DNA of 64,000 bases from an uncultured Acidobacteriota bacterium (GCA_963809485.1 CAWEJX010000020.1:1-64000), one strand, 5' to 3'; counted from the stretch's first letter, positions 17,140 to 29,000 are shown. Translations and numbers: made by a program. The notes: generated by a model from the sequence alone, not told the origin.

Positions 17140-17925
17140 CTAATACGCCTCAGGCACAAAGTTCTGATCGGATAATGGCGGCCGGACGTAGCTGTTGTCC
17201 TGCTGCCTGGGCGGCAGCTTGATCTTCACCTGAGCCAGCTCTTTATATTTCACCGTGCTGAGGAGGTGGTGGATGCAATTCAGGCGCGCGCGCCTCTTGT
17301 CGTCGGCGTTCACCACATACCAGGGCGCCTGTTTGATGTCCGTATGGGTAAACATCTCATCTTTGGCCCTCGAATATTCCACCCATTTGGTCCGGGATGC
17401 GATATCCATTGGGCTGAGTTTCCAGCGTTTGGTCGGGTCCTGCATCCTGGCCTGAAACCTGGCTTCCTGCTCTTCGTCGCTGATGGAGAACCAGTATTTG
17501 ATCAGGATGATCCCGGACCGGACGAGCATGCGCTCGAATTCCGGGCACGACCGCATGAACTCGACGTACTCCTCTTCCGTGCAGAAGCCCATAACCCTCT
17601 CGACGCCGGCCCGGTTATACCAGCTGCGGTCGAACAGGACCATCTCGCCGGCCGCCGGCAGGCGCGCGACATAGCGCTGGAAGTACCACTGTGTTTTTTC
17701 CTTCTCAGTGGGCATGCTGAGAGCTTCGACCCGGCAAATCCTGGGATTCAGGCTCTCCATGATCCGTTTGATCACGCCGCCCTTCCCCGCCGCGTCCCGG
17801 CCCTCAAAGATCACCACGATCTTCAGCCCCTCGTGCCGGACCCATTCCTGCAGTTTGACCAGTTCGATCTGAAGCCGTGCCAGCTCTTCCTCGTAGAACT
17901 TTTTGTCGATCTTTTTCTTTGCCAC
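17140..17925 (-). CDS. ppk2: Polyphosphate kinase 2
   Basis: [33 protein letters not shown] start after GGGAGG. Confidence 0.95.
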   Translation of the reverse strand: MAKKKIDKKFYEEELARLQIELVKLQEWVRHEGLKIVVIFEGRDAAGKGGVIKRIMESLNPRICRVEALSMPTEKEKTQWYFQRYVARLPAAGEMVLFDRSWYNRAGVERVMGFCTEEEYVEFMRSCPEFERMLVRSGIILIKYWFSISDEEQEARFQARMQDPTKRWKLSPMDIASRTKWVEYSRAKDEMFTHTDIKQAPWYVVNADDKRRARLNCIHHLLSTVKYKELAQVKIKLPPRQQDNSYVRPPLSDQNFVPEAY

Positions 17926-18051
17926 AGGAGCCTCCCGTATCGCGCAAAGAAGTATGAAGCTACAGCTATCCCTCTGGCTCACCGGCAGAGCCGGTGGATC
18001 TCCCATTAGATTAGGTTCAAGCCCCAAAGACTCGAAGGCATCTCGTTCGCG

Positions 18052-19746
18052 CTATTCGTGGATGGCCGTGCCTTCCAGGAAAGCCATCAGCATGCGGCTG
18101 CGCGAGGGATGCCGCAGCTTGCGCAGGGCTTTTGCCTCGATTTGCCGGATTCTTTCCCTTGTCACGGAAAAACGCTGGCCGACCTCCTCGAGGGTGTGCT
18201 CGCTGCCGTCGCCCAGCCCGAAACGCATTTTGATCACCTGCTCCTCGCGGGGAGTCAGGGTCTTGAGTACGGATTCGGTCTGTTCTTTCAGGTTGATATT
18301 GATGACCGCCTCGGCGGGCGAAACCACGCCGCGGTCCTCGATAAAGTCCCCCAGGTGGCTGTCCTCTTCCTCCCCGATGGGCGTTTCGAGGCTGATCGGC
18401 TCCTGGGCGATTTTCAGGATCTTTCGGACTTTGCTTACGGGAAAATCCATCTTTTTGGCGATTTCGTCGCTGGTGGGCTCCCGCCCGTATTCCTGGACCA
18501 GGCTGCGCGACGTGCGGATCAGTTTGTTGATGGTCTCGATCATGTGGACGGGGATGCGTATGGTCCGGGCCTGGTCGGCGATGGCGCGCGTGATGGCCTG
18601 CCGGATCCACCACGTGGCGTAGGTTGAAAACTTATACCCTCTGCGGTATTCGAACTTGTCGACCGCCTTCATCAGCCCGATGTTCCCTTCCTGGATCAGG
18701 TCCAGGAACTGCAGGCCGCGGTTGGTGTATTTCTTGGCGATCGAGACGACCAGGCGCAGGTTCGCCTCCACCAGTTCCTTTTTTGCGATATCGGCTTCCA
18801 GCTCTCCCGAGCGGATCGTGGCGAGCGTGCGTTTCAGGTCGGAGACCGTCGCGAACGCGTCGGATTCGATCTGCCTCAATTCGGTTTCCAGCTGCTTGAT
18901 CCGCTTCTTGATGCTCTTGGCGTCGTCGAGCCTGCGCGGAGTCTCGAGGCTCTTGTTGAGCTTGTGGATCTCTCGCTCGTAGGCCACCACCTTGTCCACC
19001 GTTCCCTTGATGGCGCCCACCAGCCTTTCATGCTGGAGATTGCTGAGTTCGAGGGCCCGCACTTTCCAGGCAATGGGGATACGGTAGCGGGCAAGCATCG
19101 AGAGGTGTTTTTTATAGAGCCGCGAACCCTTGCGGCAGCGCGTCAGCTTGACGCGGATTTTGTGCGCGGCCCGTTCGTGCTTGCGGATGCTCTCCACAAC
19201 TTCGAGGACCGCCCCGGCCTTTTCCTCGAGCCGCTCGTCGGTGATCTCGTCGTCATTGAATGCGACCACATCCCGGATCGAGATCTGCTTTTTCTTCAGC
19301 TGGTCGCCGATATTGAGGATTTCGCGGACCACCAGCGGGGACCGGGACAGCGCCTTTAAAATGACCCTTTGCCCGTGCTCGACGCGCTTGGCGATCTCAA
19401 CTTCACCTTCCCGGCTGAGGAGCGGGACCGTCCCCATCTCCCGGAGGTAGAGGCGAACAGGATCGTTGGTCTTGTCCAGGTTCAGCGCTCCGAAATCGAA
19501 TTCCCCTTCCTCCCCGGCGCCTTCATCCCTTTTGTCATCCCGCTTGCCGTCTTCCTGGAATTTCTGTTCGGTGTCGATGACTTCGATGCCGGCGGAACCG
19601 AAAAGCGAAAAAATGCTGTCCAACTCATCGGAGGAGCAGATACCTTCGGGAAGGAGGTCGTTGACCTCATCGTACAGGAGGTAGCCTCTTTCCTTTCCCA
19701 TAAGTATCAGCTCTTTTACTTCGTCGTATTTCTCTTCTATAGACAA
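18052..19746 (-). CDS. rpoD: RNA polymerase sigma-70 factor
   Basis: [46 protein letters not shown]; lies downstream of dnaG. Confidence 0.97.
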   Translation of the reverse strand: MSIEEKYDEVKELILMGKERGYLLYDEVNDLLPEGICSSDELDSIFSLFGSAGIEVIDTEQKFQEDGKRDDKRDEGAGEEGEFDFGALNLDKTNDPVRLYLREMGTVPLLSREGEVEIAKRVEHGQRVILKALSRSPLVVREILNIGDQLKKKQISIRDVVAFNDDEITDERLEEKAGAVLEVVESIRKHERAAHKIRVKLTRCRKGSRLYKKHLSMLARYRIPIAWKVRALELSNLQHERLVGAIKGTVDKVVAYEREIHKLNKSLETPRRLDDAKSIKKRIKQLETELRQIESDAFATVSDLKRTLATIRSGELEADIAKKELVEANLRLVVSIAKKYTNRGLQFLDLIQEGNIGLMKAVDKFEYRRGYKFSTYATWWIRQAITRAIADQARTIRIPVHMIETINKLIRTSRSLVQEYGREPTSDEIAKKMDFPVSKVRKILKIAQEPISLETPIGEEEDSHLGDFIEDRGVVSPAEAVININLKEQTESVLKTLTPREEQVIKMRFGLGDGSEHTLEEVGQRFSVTRERIRQIEAKALRKLRHPSRSRMLMAFLEGTAIHE

Positions 19747-19767
19747 GACCGATGTCTCCTTTCGCTG

Positions 19768-21543
19768 CTATTTCCTGGAGAGGCTGATCAATTCGCGATC
19801 CACCAGGACACGCTGCTCGAAAAGGCGGTTTAACATCTCATCGTCATTCCGCTCCGCCGCCTCAGCGATTTTCGTCAGGATCCTCTGTTTGTATGAAGAC
19901 AGCCTCATGGTGCGCAAAGCATTTAAAAAACTCTCAGCCGTTTCCACCGAAGGGCTTTCGGGCACTTCCTCGATCTGCAGCTGGGCAAGCAGCGCCTGTT
20001 GCCCTTCACCCGCGAATTGCCGGTATAGGCCCTCGTACGTGGACAGCTGTTTTCTATGAAAACCATCCAATAGTATTGCGAATATTTTCTCCGCTGCCAA
20101 GCCTTCAAAATCCTGCATGGAACAAAGGGGGAGAATCTGCTGCTGCAGTTCCGAATAGCCGAGGAGCAATTGCAGGAGTCTTTTTTCCGCGAATCTCATC
20201 GATTCCGTGGAGGGCAGACGCGCCTCGTCGAGCCGGACCTTCTTCTGCTGTGCCGCCCGCCTGGTTTCCGCGAGCAACTGCTGGTCTTCGATGCCCAGCC
20301 TGCGGGCAAATTGAAACACATAGTCCGAACGTTCTACGGCGCTGGGGAGCTTCGCCAGGTAGGGCAGGACGGCGTTCATCACGCGCACTTTCTTTTTTGC
20401 GTCCAGCACACCCTCGCTTTGGATAGCTGCATCCAGCAGAAACTCCAGGTAGGGGACAGACTCTCCGGCCCGCTTCCGGTACTCCTCAGGACCCGCGGTC
20501 CGCACGAACACGTCCGGATCCTGTCCTGCAGGGAGCCTCAGTATTTTAATCCGGAAATCTCCCTCCAAAAAAAGGTCCAACGATCTCTGGGCCGCCGCAA
20601 TTCCGGCGGAATCGGGATCATAGCTGACAACGACCTCGCGCGTGTAGCGGCCCAGCAACTCCACCTGCTGCTGCGTCAGGGCCGTCCCCAGCGAGGCAAC
20701 CAGGTTCTCCACCCCATGCTGGAAAGGGATGATAAAATCCATATATCCCTCCACCAGGATGGCATGGTCTTGTGCCTTTATTGCCTCTTTGGAGAAACTT
20801 AAACCAAACAGGTTGCGGCTTTTATTGTAGAGCCTGGTTTCCGGGGAATTCAAATACTTCGGGGGCCGGTCACCCATCGTCCGTCCGCCGAATGCCAGGG
20901 GCCTGCCCTGCACATCGGTGATGGGGAACATGATCCGCCCGCGGAAGTTGTCGTAAAAGCGGCTGCCATCGTCCGACCGTTTGGCGAGTCCGCACTCCTC
21001 AAGAACCTCCAGGGCGTATCCCCGGCCTTTCATCAGCTGGATCAGGGTGTCGCCCGAGGCCGGCGAATATCCCAGTTGGAAACGGTCGATGGTTTCGCGC
21101 GTAATCCCCCGTTCGTCGAGATAGGCGATCGCCTGCTTGCCTTCCTGGGATTCCAGAAGCGCGCGGTGGTAAATAGCGACGGCTTCCGACATGGCTTTGC
21201 GCAATGTATCGGTGTTGGGGCCCGCCGGTGCCGGGGCCGCTGCGGTGATTTCCGGCAGTTTGATTCCGCGCCGGTCGGCGAGGAAACGCACGGCTTCGGG
21301 AAAAGTGAGGTGCTCGATCTGCATGAGGAATTTAAAGACATCGCCGCCCAGGCCGCAGCCGAAGCACATAAAGATCTGCTTTTCTTCGCTGACATTGAAA
21401 GATGGGGTCTTCTCGTTATGGAAGGGGCACCGCGCGACGTAGTTCCGGCCGCGCTTCTTCAGCGCGACATATTCGGACACGAGCGATACTATGTTGACAG
21501 CAGCCCGCACCTCAACCAAAACGCCGTCAGAATAAAAAGGCAT
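19768..21543 (-). CDS. dnaG: DNA primase
   Basis: CPFHNEKTPSF zinc finger, FRGRIMFPI, KYLNSPET, VEGYMD, YDPDSAG, DPD. Confidence 0.97.
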   Translation of the reverse strand: MPFYSDGVLVEVRAAVNIVSLVSEYVALKKRGRNYVARCPFHNEKTPSFNVSEEKQIFMCFGCGLGGDVFKFLMQIEHLTFPEAVRFLADRRGIKLPEITAAAPAPAGPNTDTLRKAMSEAVAIYHRALLESQEGKQAIAYLDERGITRETIDRFQLGYSPASGDTLIQLMKGRGYALEVLEECGLAKRSDDGSRFYDNFRGRIMFPITDVQGRPLAFGGRTMGDRPPKYLNSPETRLYNKSRNLFGLSFSKEAIKAQDHAILVEGYMDFIIPFQHGVENLVASLGTALTQQQVELLGRYTREVVVSYDPDSAGIAAAQRSLDLFLEGDFRIKILRLPAGQDPDVFVRTAGPEEYRKRAGESVPYLEFLLDAAIQSEGVLDAKKKVRVMNAVLPYLAKLPSAVERSDYVFQFARRLGIEDQQLLAETRRAAQQKKVRLDEARLPSTESMRFAEKRLLQLLLGYSELQQQILPLCSMQDFEGLAAEKIFAILLDGFHRKQLSTYEGLYRQFAGEGQQALLAQLQIEEVPESPSVETAESFLNALRTMRLSSYKQRILTKIAEAAERNDDEMLNRLFEQRVLVDRELISLSRK

Positions 21544-21681
21544 AACAACAGCCGCCGCTTATTCTCAAATTAATAGACCACCGGAGCCCAAGACTCAACC
21601 CCCAATGAAGAAAAAAGAATAGCATCCCCCGGATCGAATCGGAATAGAGAGGAGGTGTGGGAGGGGAAATTTCCGGCCTCG

Positions 21682-21903
21682 AGTCAGGTACCTCCGGCAA
21701 AGCTGGAGGCTTGAAAGATTTGAACCGCTCAAGGCGGTTGGAGGAGTTACGCCGGTCTTGAACGCTGACTTACGCGGGCAAAAGCCGATGAGGCGCTTCC
21801 GATCCCCGCCGAACAAATCCGCGTTTGTCAGCGCTTTTATCAGCGTTTCTCAGCGTTTCAAAACACGGAGCTGTCAAACTCTTTGAGTCCCCCGGCAGAG
21901 CCG
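21682..21903. mobile_element. Non-autonomous IS200/IS605-type element, short copy
   Basis: AGTCAGGTACCTCCGGCAAAGCTGGAGGCTTG...GAACCGCTCAAGGCGGTT at one end, CTTTGAGTCCCCCGGCAGAGCCG at the other. Closely matches 40197-40594; no transposase. Confidence 0.75.
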
Positions 21904-21930
21904 CCTGGCTCCGAATGAGCGTTTTGAGGA

Positions 21931-22689
21931 TCACGCGCCTGCGCGCTTCCGGTTGATAAGGCTGGCGACATAACCGGCGCCGAAGCCGTTGTCGATATTC
22001 ACCACCACGACATTGGAGGCGCAGCTGTTCAGCATCGCCAGCAAAGAGGAGAGGCCGCCGAAAGAACTGCCGTACCCTATACTGGTCGGAACCGCAATCA
22101 CGGGAACGCTCAATAATCCGCCGACAACGCTGGCCAGCGCTCCTTCCATGCCGGCCACAACCACGACGACGCTGGCCTTGGCCAGCGATTCCCGGATATT
22201 CAGCAGGCGGTGAATTCCCGCAACTCCGACATCGAAAGTGGTTTCCACCTTGTTTCCCATGAGCCGGGCGGTCAATGCGGCCTCCTCGGCTACAGGGATG
22301 TCGGACGTCCCTGCGCACACGACGTAAACCGTTCCTTCGCCGTAAATCCGGCTGTCCCGCACAATCGTGATGGCGCGGGCAGACTCGTGGAATTGAGCCT
22401 TGGCGGTCAACCGGCGAACGCTCCTGTAGGCGGCAAGGTCCGTCCGTGTCACCAGGATGTTGGATTTTTGCCGAAGCAGGCTTTTTACGATCGCGACGAT
22501 TTGATCGGTTTTTTTGCCGGGCGCAAAAACGACTTCGGGAAATCCCTGACGCAGGGTCCGATGGTGGTCGACACGGGCAAAACCCAGGTCCTCAAAAGGC
22601 AGATGCTTCAGCCGTTCGAGGCCTTGTTCCGGGGTTAGAGCGCCCCGGCGAATCTTCTCCAGCAGTTCCAATATTTGTTGAGGATTCAT
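21931..22689 (-). CDS. larB: Nickel-pincer cofactor biosynthesis protein LarB (AIR carboxylase-like)
   Basis: DHHRTLRQGFPEVV, AGTSDIPVAEEA, DVGVAGIHRL, AGMEGAL, VPTSIGYG, NIDNGFGA. Confidence 0.93.
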   Translation of the reverse strand: MNPQQILELLEKIRRGALTPEQGLERLKHLPFEDLGFARVDHHRTLRQGFPEVVFAPGKKTDQIVAIVKSLLRQKSNILVTRTDLAAYRSVRRLTAKAQFHESARAITIVRDSRIYGEGTVYVVCAGTSDIPVAEEAALTARLMGNKVETTFDVGVAGIHRLLNIRESLAKASVVVVVAGMEGALASVVGGLLSVPVIAVPTSIGYGSSFGGLSSLLAMLNSCASNVVVVNIDNGFGAGYVASLINRKRAGA

Positions 22690-22787
22690 AGCCCTTGGCA
22701 CAGATATGGATTGACTGCACGCCCACGCCAAAAGAGCGGGCATCCCGCATCTCCCGGCGTGGGTAGTTGACTGTAAGCTATTGCCGA

Positions 22788-25031
22788 TCAGTAATTGCGT
22801 CTCGGAGGGCTGCCCCTATCCCCTCCGCGGGGTCTGGGGCGATCCCGGTCGTGATCCCTATCCCTCATGCCCGGCCGCGTGCGGTCCGAATGTTCCCGCC
22901 TGGGCCCGCGCGGGGTCGGTTCCAGCGGCGGAAGCCCTGCCTGTTCCCTCAGGACGGCCTTCCGGCTCAGGCGGATCTTGTTGGGCGGCTCGATGCTGAT
23001 GACCTTCACGGGAATCTGATCGCCCACCTTAAGCTCCGAATTGATGTCCTGGACGCGGAAATCCGCAACTTCCGAAATATGGAGCAGGCCTTCCGTGCCG
23101 GGGAATATTTCCACAAACGCCCCGAAATCGACCAGCCGGGTCACGGTCCCGAGATAGGTTTTGCCCACTTCCGCTTCCATGACCAGGTCTTCGATCATCC
23201 GTATCGCGCGCTTTGCGGAATCCGTATCGGTCGAGGCGATGTTGACCTTGCCGTCGTCCTCGATATCGATCTTTACCCCGGTCTGCTCGATGATGCCGCG
23301 AATGATTTTGCCGCCTGTCCCGATGACGCCGCCGATCTTATCCTTGGGGATCTGTATCGTGATGATGCGCGGAGCGAACGGGGAGATTTCGGGGCGTGAG
23401 GCCTGGAGGCACTCCGCCATTTTCCCAAGAATGAACAGCCGGCCTTCCCGGGCTTGAGCGAGAGCCTCCGCCATAATTTTTTTGTCGAGGCCCCCGATTT
23501 TGATATCCATTTGGAGACCGGTAATGCCCTTTTCCGTTCCCGCGACCTTGAAGTCCATGTCGCCGTAATGGTCTTCGGCGCCCGCGATGTCGGTCAGGAT
23601 CGCGTAATTGTCACCCTCCTTGACCAACCCCATGGCCACACCCGCCACGGGCGACTTGATGGGAACGCCGGCGTCCATGAGCGCGAGGATGCCGCCGCAG
23701 ACCGTGGCCATCGATGAGGACCCGTTGCTTTCCATGATGTCGGAAACCACGCGCACGGTGTACGGGAAAGCTTCTTCGGAAGGCATAATGGGCAGGATGC
23801 TTCTCTCCGCCAGTGCGCCATGGCCGATTTCGCGCCGGCCCGGGCCGCGCAGAGGCTTGACCTCTCCGACGCTGAAGGGCGGGAAATTGTAGTGCAGCAT
23901 GAACCTCTTGAACGATTCGCCTTCCAGAGTATCCATGCGCTGTTCATCGTCCGCCGTTCCCAGCGTCGCGGTGACGAGCGCCTGGGTCTCGCCGCGCGTA
24001 AACAGAGCGGAACCATGGGTCCGGGGAAGGAGGGATACTTCCACATCAATAGGCCGGATTTCGTTGAACTGACGTCCGTCGGGCCGGCGCCTGTCCTCGA
24101 GGATCTCTTTCCGGAAAATCTTTTCCATCACATGCTGATAAATCTTGCCCGCCTGAGCCCGGCGTTCCGCTTCCTCTTCCGGAACAGAATCCATAATCTC
24201 ATCCTGGACCGCGTCCAGCCGGGCATAGCTTTCGAGCTTTCCGGGAATGTGGAGCGCATCGGAAATCTTTTGGGAGTATTCCTTTTCGATGCGTTCGACC
24301 TCGGCGGCATCGAGAGAGGGTTTTGCGAACTCGCGTTTGACCGGTTGGATTTGCTGGTAAAGCTCTTTTTGCAGGTCGATCAGCTTTCGAATGATGCCAT
24401 GGGCGAAATCCAGAGCCTCAACCATCATTTCTTCCGAGATTTCGTTTGCGCCGGCCTCGACCATGACAATCGCGTCCTCGGTTGCAACCACGGTGAGGTT
24501 GAGGCTGCTGTCCTTGAGTTTGCTGATCGGGGGATTCACGACAAACTGGCCGTCCATGTAGCCGACCCTCACCGCGCCCACCGGGTTGTGAAACGGAATC
24601 GACGAACAATAGGCAGCGGCAGAAGCGCCCGTGATGCCCATGATGTCGGGATCGTTTTCCTTATCCGCAGACAGCACAAGGGCTATGATCTGTGTCTCGC
24701 AACTGAAACCCTCCGGGAAAAGGGGACGCAGCGGCCGGTCGATCAGCCTCGAAGTCAGCACTTCCTTTTCAGTCGGCCTTCCTTCCCGCTTGAAAAAACC
24801 GCCCGGAATTTTCCCGGCGGCGTAGGTATTTTCCCGATAATCGACGGTCAGCGGGAAAAAATCCTGACCCTCCTTCGCCTCGTGCGCTGCGCAGGCGGTC
24901 ACCAGCACCACGGTGTCTCCGTAGCTCACAAATGCCGCCCCATCGGCCTGCTTGGCGACCTTGCCCATCTCTATTGAAAATTCAAGTCCGCCGATATCGG
25001 CAGAAACTCGATATACCATTGTTTCCTCCAC
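22788..25031 (-). CDS. pnp: Polyribonucleotide nucleotidyltransferase
   Basis: FFPLTVDY, RPDGR, RREIGHG, SNGSSSMA, GDMDFKVAG, then KH and S1 domains. Confidence 0.97.
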   Translation of the reverse strand: MEETMVYRVSADIGGLEFSIEMGKVAKQADGAAFVSYGDTVVLVTACAAHEAKEGQDFFPLTVDYRENTYAAGKIPGGFFKREGRPTEKEVLTSRLIDRPLRPLFPEGFSCETQIIALVLSADKENDPDIMGITGASAAAYCSSIPFHNPVGAVRVGYMDGQFVVNPPISKLKDSSLNLTVVATEDAIVMVEAGANEISEEMMVEALDFAHGIIRKLIDLQKELYQQIQPVKREFAKPSLDAAEVERIEKEYSQKISDALHIPGKLESYARLDAVQDEIMDSVPEEEAERRAQAGKIYQHVMEKIFRKEILEDRRRPDGRQFNEIRPIDVEVSLLPRTHGSALFTRGETQALVTATLGTADDEQRMDTLEGESFKRFMLHYNFPPFSVGEVKPLRGPGRREIGHGALAERSILPIMPSEEAFPYTVRVVSDIMESNGSSSMATVCGGILALMDAGVPIKSPVAGVAMGLVKEGDNYAILTDIAGAEDHYGDMDFKVAGTEKGITGLQMDIKIGGLDKKIMAEALAQAREGRLFILGKMAECLQASRPEISPFAPRIITIQIPKDKIGGVIGTGGKIIRGIIEQTGVKIDIEDDGKVNIASTDTDSAKRAIRMIEDLVMEAEVGKTYLGTVTRLVDFGAFVEIFPGTEGLLHISEVADFRVQDINSELKVGDQIPVKVISIEPPNKIRLSRKAVLREQAGLPPLEPTPRGPRREHSDRTRPGMRDRDHDRDRPRPRGGDRGSPPRRNY

Positions 25032-25063
25032 TGATTGAATTGTGCGGGGGTACTGGAGGGCGG

Positions 25064-25152
25064 GAATTATGAACTAGGAATTATGATTATGAGTCCTGAG
25101 TTAAGGATTATTCCGCAATAATCTTTAACTCATAACTCATAATTCATAATCC
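25064..25152. repeat. Inverted heptamer-repeat hairpin (ATTATGA / TCATAAT) in the pnp leader
   Basis: GAATTATGA...ATTATGATTATGAG facing CTCATAACTCATAATTCATAAT. Confidence 0.75.
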
Positions 25153-25380
25153 ACCCGACCCCCGTCGATGTTGGTTTAAAAATCCCATTCACTCACAAGC
25201 CTCATCAGCACTCATAGGGAAAAACCAACGAAATGTTGTTCCGAGACTTGTGCGACGCTGCCGACTCTTTACATCCCGGCAGCCGGATGAAATGCGGAAA
25301 ACCCTGCGGGCATCCGGCCGACTCCCCGAATCAGGCAATCTCGGGCCCGAATTCGGAGACGCGGGGTTTCTGACGGTTGA

Positions 25381-25650
25381 TTATTTTCGAATGCCGAGCC
25401 GTTCGATCACGTTCTTATATCTCGCCGCATCTTTATCCTTAAGATAATCCAGCAGCCGGCGCCGTTTGCCCACCATTCTCAACAAGCCTCTGCGGGAGTG
25501 ATGATCTTTGGCATGGACCTTGAAATGCTCCGTCAGGTAGGTGATCTTTTCGCTCAGAATGGCAATCTGCACCTCGGGCGACCCGGTATCGTTTTGATGA
25601 TTCCGATAGGCTTCAACAATTTGCGACTTCTTTTCCACTGTCAGTGACAA
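25381..25650 (-). CDS. rpsO: 30S ribosomal protein S15
   Basis: [26 protein letters not shown]; TTG start after GGAGG. Confidence 0.97.
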   Translation of the reverse strand: MSLTVEKKSQIVEAYRNHQNDTGSPEVQIAILSEKITYLTEHFKVHAKDHHSRRGLLRMVGKRRRLLDYLKDKDAARYKNVIERLGIRK

Positions 25651-25687
25651 TTCTTCCTCCGCACAAACTTATAAGGAATAAACAATA

Positions 25688-25716
25688 AAACTACCATAAG
25701 CGCCGCACCTGTGCAA
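25688..25716 (-). promoter_or_regulatory. Putative sigma-70 promoter of rpsO-pnp
   Basis: Minus strand TTGCAC-N17-TAGTTT with TG extended -10. Confidence 0.4.
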
Positions 25717-25771
25717 ACAATCATTGGCGGCGCCCGGCTCTCCGTATCCTCCGGGCTTTAGGGAGCCCGCC

Positions 25772-26053
25772 TCACTTGCATAATGTCAGGGACAACGCTT
25801 TAACTTCGCCGGCGGTCGCGGTGCGCAACTTGTCGAGCAGTTCGGGCTGCACACTCCTTATGGCTCCCTCCCAATCCTTATCGACAATCTCGACCACAAG
25901 CTCCGAGTCCCTGAAGCGGGCCGGCCGGCAGACAGCAGCCAACCTGTCCCCGATGAGCCTTGGCCAGGCTCCCCGAAGGCAGGTGACCACCCATTCCCCG
26001 TGACTGGCTGTCCCCTGCTGGAGCGACAGGAGAACGCCGAACAGTTGTTCCAA
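25772..26053 (-). CDS. DUF721/DciA-family protein
   Basis: AWPRLIGDRLAAVCRP..F.DSELVVEI...W.......ELLDKL pattern typical of DUF721. TTG start 1 bp after the kelch gene stop. Confidence 0.7.
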   Translation of the reverse strand: MEQLFGVLLSLQQGTASHGEWVVTCLRGAWPRLIGDRLAAVCRPARFRDSELVVEIVDKDWEGAIRSVQPELLDKLRTATAGEVKALSLTLCK

Positions 26054-26054
26054 G

Positions 26055-29000
26055 TCATTTCCCCGGATAAGGGACCGGCGGAATCGGAGCAAGAAAACGG
26101 TATTCCCGCTCGAACATGAAGGCAGAACCATGGACCGGCCGGTCGGAAAGCACACGGACATTTCCGGCATCGATGGATTTCACCCCTGGGAAGAGCGTGT
26201 CCAGAGTTTCTGAAATCCTGTGTCCCGGTGCCAGCGCAATCGTCCTGGATGACCGCAGGGTGCCGGAGGTATCCCACAATTCCGCCCGCACCCCGGCCGT
26301 CGAATCCCCCGCATTGAGCAACGAGATGCCTGTCTGATAATTGGTATTCTCGGAAACGAACGGGAACATAAAATACCGCATCGGAATCCCGGAGAGCTCG
26401 AAACTGGCCAGGAATTTGTGCCGGAGCTTGTCGAGCGGATCCGGGTCCGTGATCGACATTGTACCGACGATGTATTCCACGCTGCTGGACACTTCCAGCC
26501 AGCCGGTCTGGCCGATCAGCTGCGGACTGAACTGAAAGATTTCCCAGAGATTGCCTTTCCATTGCGCGTTCACCGGGAGCATCCTCGTCAGCGGGCCGGC
26601 CAGAATTTTTCCGTCCGGAGCATGCACGGTCAGGGTCACGGTAGCCTCGTAATCCTCATTGGCATTGATGATATTGACATGAGTCTCGAAATCGGGCGGC
26701 GCAATGACGAACTGGGGCGAGTAGATCTTTGTGATGCCGGCGTATTTATCCACGTTGATGCCGTTAATTGCGGTTTCCGCTCCGCCGTTGTCGAAGATCT
26801 CCGTGAACAATTGCCCGACGCCGGTCTCGATCCTGAGATAGCCCTGGTCCGATCCTTTGAGGACGGTGGCCGTGTGCCCCTGGCGGGCTGAGGTCATGTC
26901 CCCGATCGACTCCACAAACTGCTGGGTATTGGGATCGTAGATATCGGCGCCGGCCAGTGTCAGATGCTCCTCTTCATCGTCGTCATTGTCCTTGTCGTTG
27001 ATGTCGATGCCTTCCCCGCCCGCGATCAGCACCCTGTCCTGGGTATGATCCTCCGGGTCCGGACTGATAAGCGTCGCGGTGTGGTATACCCGGGTATAGG
27101 TCATGACGCCGTCCGCGGGGTAGAAGTAATCGTAAACCGGATCGTAAATTTCGGCCGTACTCAGAATGCCCGAAGAATTCTTTCCTCCCGTAATCAGGAC
27201 AGTGCCGTTCGCCAGGAGAGTGCCGGTGTGGCCGGCTCGCGCGGAAAGCATGGGTGCTGCCGCAGTGAACAGTCCTGTCGACGGATCGAAAAGTTCGGTG
27301 GAGCTCAGCGAATTGCTGCCGTCGGAACCACCGGCGATCAATACCTTGCCACTCGGCAGCAGAACCGCGACATGAAAAACACGGCCTGCATTCAGGCTTC
27401 CCGTCTGCGTGAAAACGGACCCCGAAGGATTATAAATCTCGGCCGATGCGGTGACGCCCCAGGCATCGATTCCGCCCGCAAGGAGTACCCTGCCGTCGGC
27501 CAGGAGCGTGGCGGTGTGCGCATCGCGCGGTGCAATCATGGGTGCAGCCACCTTGACAAACTCATCGTCGACAGGATCGTAAAGCTCTGCTGTTGCATTG
27601 ACGGACTCGTTGTTCTGGCCGCCGGCGATCAGGACTTTCCCGTTCGCCATCAGCGTTGCCGTATGACGGTAACGCTCCGCCTTCATTGCGCCGTTGGTCC
27701 AGAAAAACCTGTTGGTGGTCGGATCGTACAGAACCGATGTTCTCTGGATTTCGCCGGCCGTTTTTCCAGCACCCGCCTTTCCTCCCGCTATCAGCACCCT
27801 GTTGTTTTGGAGGCTTGTGGCCGTGTGGCCTACGCGCGTGGATTCCATGGAACCGGCAGTGGTGCTGAAATTCTTGGAACTCAGGGAAAACAGGTCAGCC
27901 GTCCGCACATATTGACGGTTGGCGCCTGAATCGAACCCGCCGAGGATCAGCACCTGGGTTGCCTGGGAGGAGGAAACGAGGTCCCAAACCTGCTTGGTCT
28001 CACGGATCGATCCGTTCAACGAATTGTTCAGGCTTGTCCTCATCGTGGTGCCGTCCGTGGCGTAGTGAACCACGTCATAGGACGAACTGTTGTAATTCGG
28101 ATTTACGAAGTAGAGCTTTGCGGCTGTGCCGCTCTTCATCGGGATTTCGGGGATGATATAGTGGTGCAGCTGGTCCCCATAATCGGGATACAGGGGAATG
28201 CTCTGCAGGCTGCTGACATAGGGATTCTGCAGGCTGGCGTGTACCCTGCCCGTCATGCTGAAAGCCACAACTTCAGGCTGATTGGAAGCGACGACCAGGC
28301 GGCCCGAGTTGTTCAGCGTGTTGTCCAAAAGGAAAAGGTCGGAAACCTCGAAATATCTCTGGACATTGGGTGCCAGCAGTATCGATATGGGGTTTACTAC
28401 ATCTTCATTCAAAATGTTCTTCCCCGAGAATACCGATCCGCCGTCGCTTATAATGGTGAGGGTCAGCCGGGCAATATTGGGCGACAAATTGATGAGGGAT
28501 ACGCCGGTAAACTCGTCCGCATTGCTGATGAGTTTCGTCTGTTTTTGCACGGTTTCATCTGCGAGAAGCTGCAGCTGGTTGCTGGCGAAGAGCACGACCG
28601 CCATGGTCCCGCTGTCGGGCGTGAGGGCCAGACTCGAAGCCTGATCATCGCTTTCGTTGGGATCGTCTCCCACAAGGAACGATCCGACGATTCCCTGGGT
28701 GCCGATATCGAGCTGAAGAACCTTGTCCGCCGTGGAGGACGTATAGTAGGCATATTTGGCATCGGGTGAAAACACGATGTTGGCCCCGCCGAGAGGGCTC
28801 CCCGAAGAACTGGTGACGGTGCTCAGGGAGGCCGTCCACCAGGTAGGGATCATCGTTACGCTGTCCAGGTTCAGAATCAGCCAGAATTTGCCGGTGGGGA
28901 GAAGCGCGGTGTAGCCGGGCTGATACCCGACAAATTCGACTCCGCCCTCATCGACACCATTGTCCGGGTCGCCGTCGGTATCAATTATCTTTCCCGTGGA

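Noticed and set aside
21595-21816. Small ORFs inside the IS200-like elements (also 40167-40787 and 40199-40420)
   Set aside because: No HUH/Y1 or TnpB motifs; their shared peptide text only reflects the DNA repeat.
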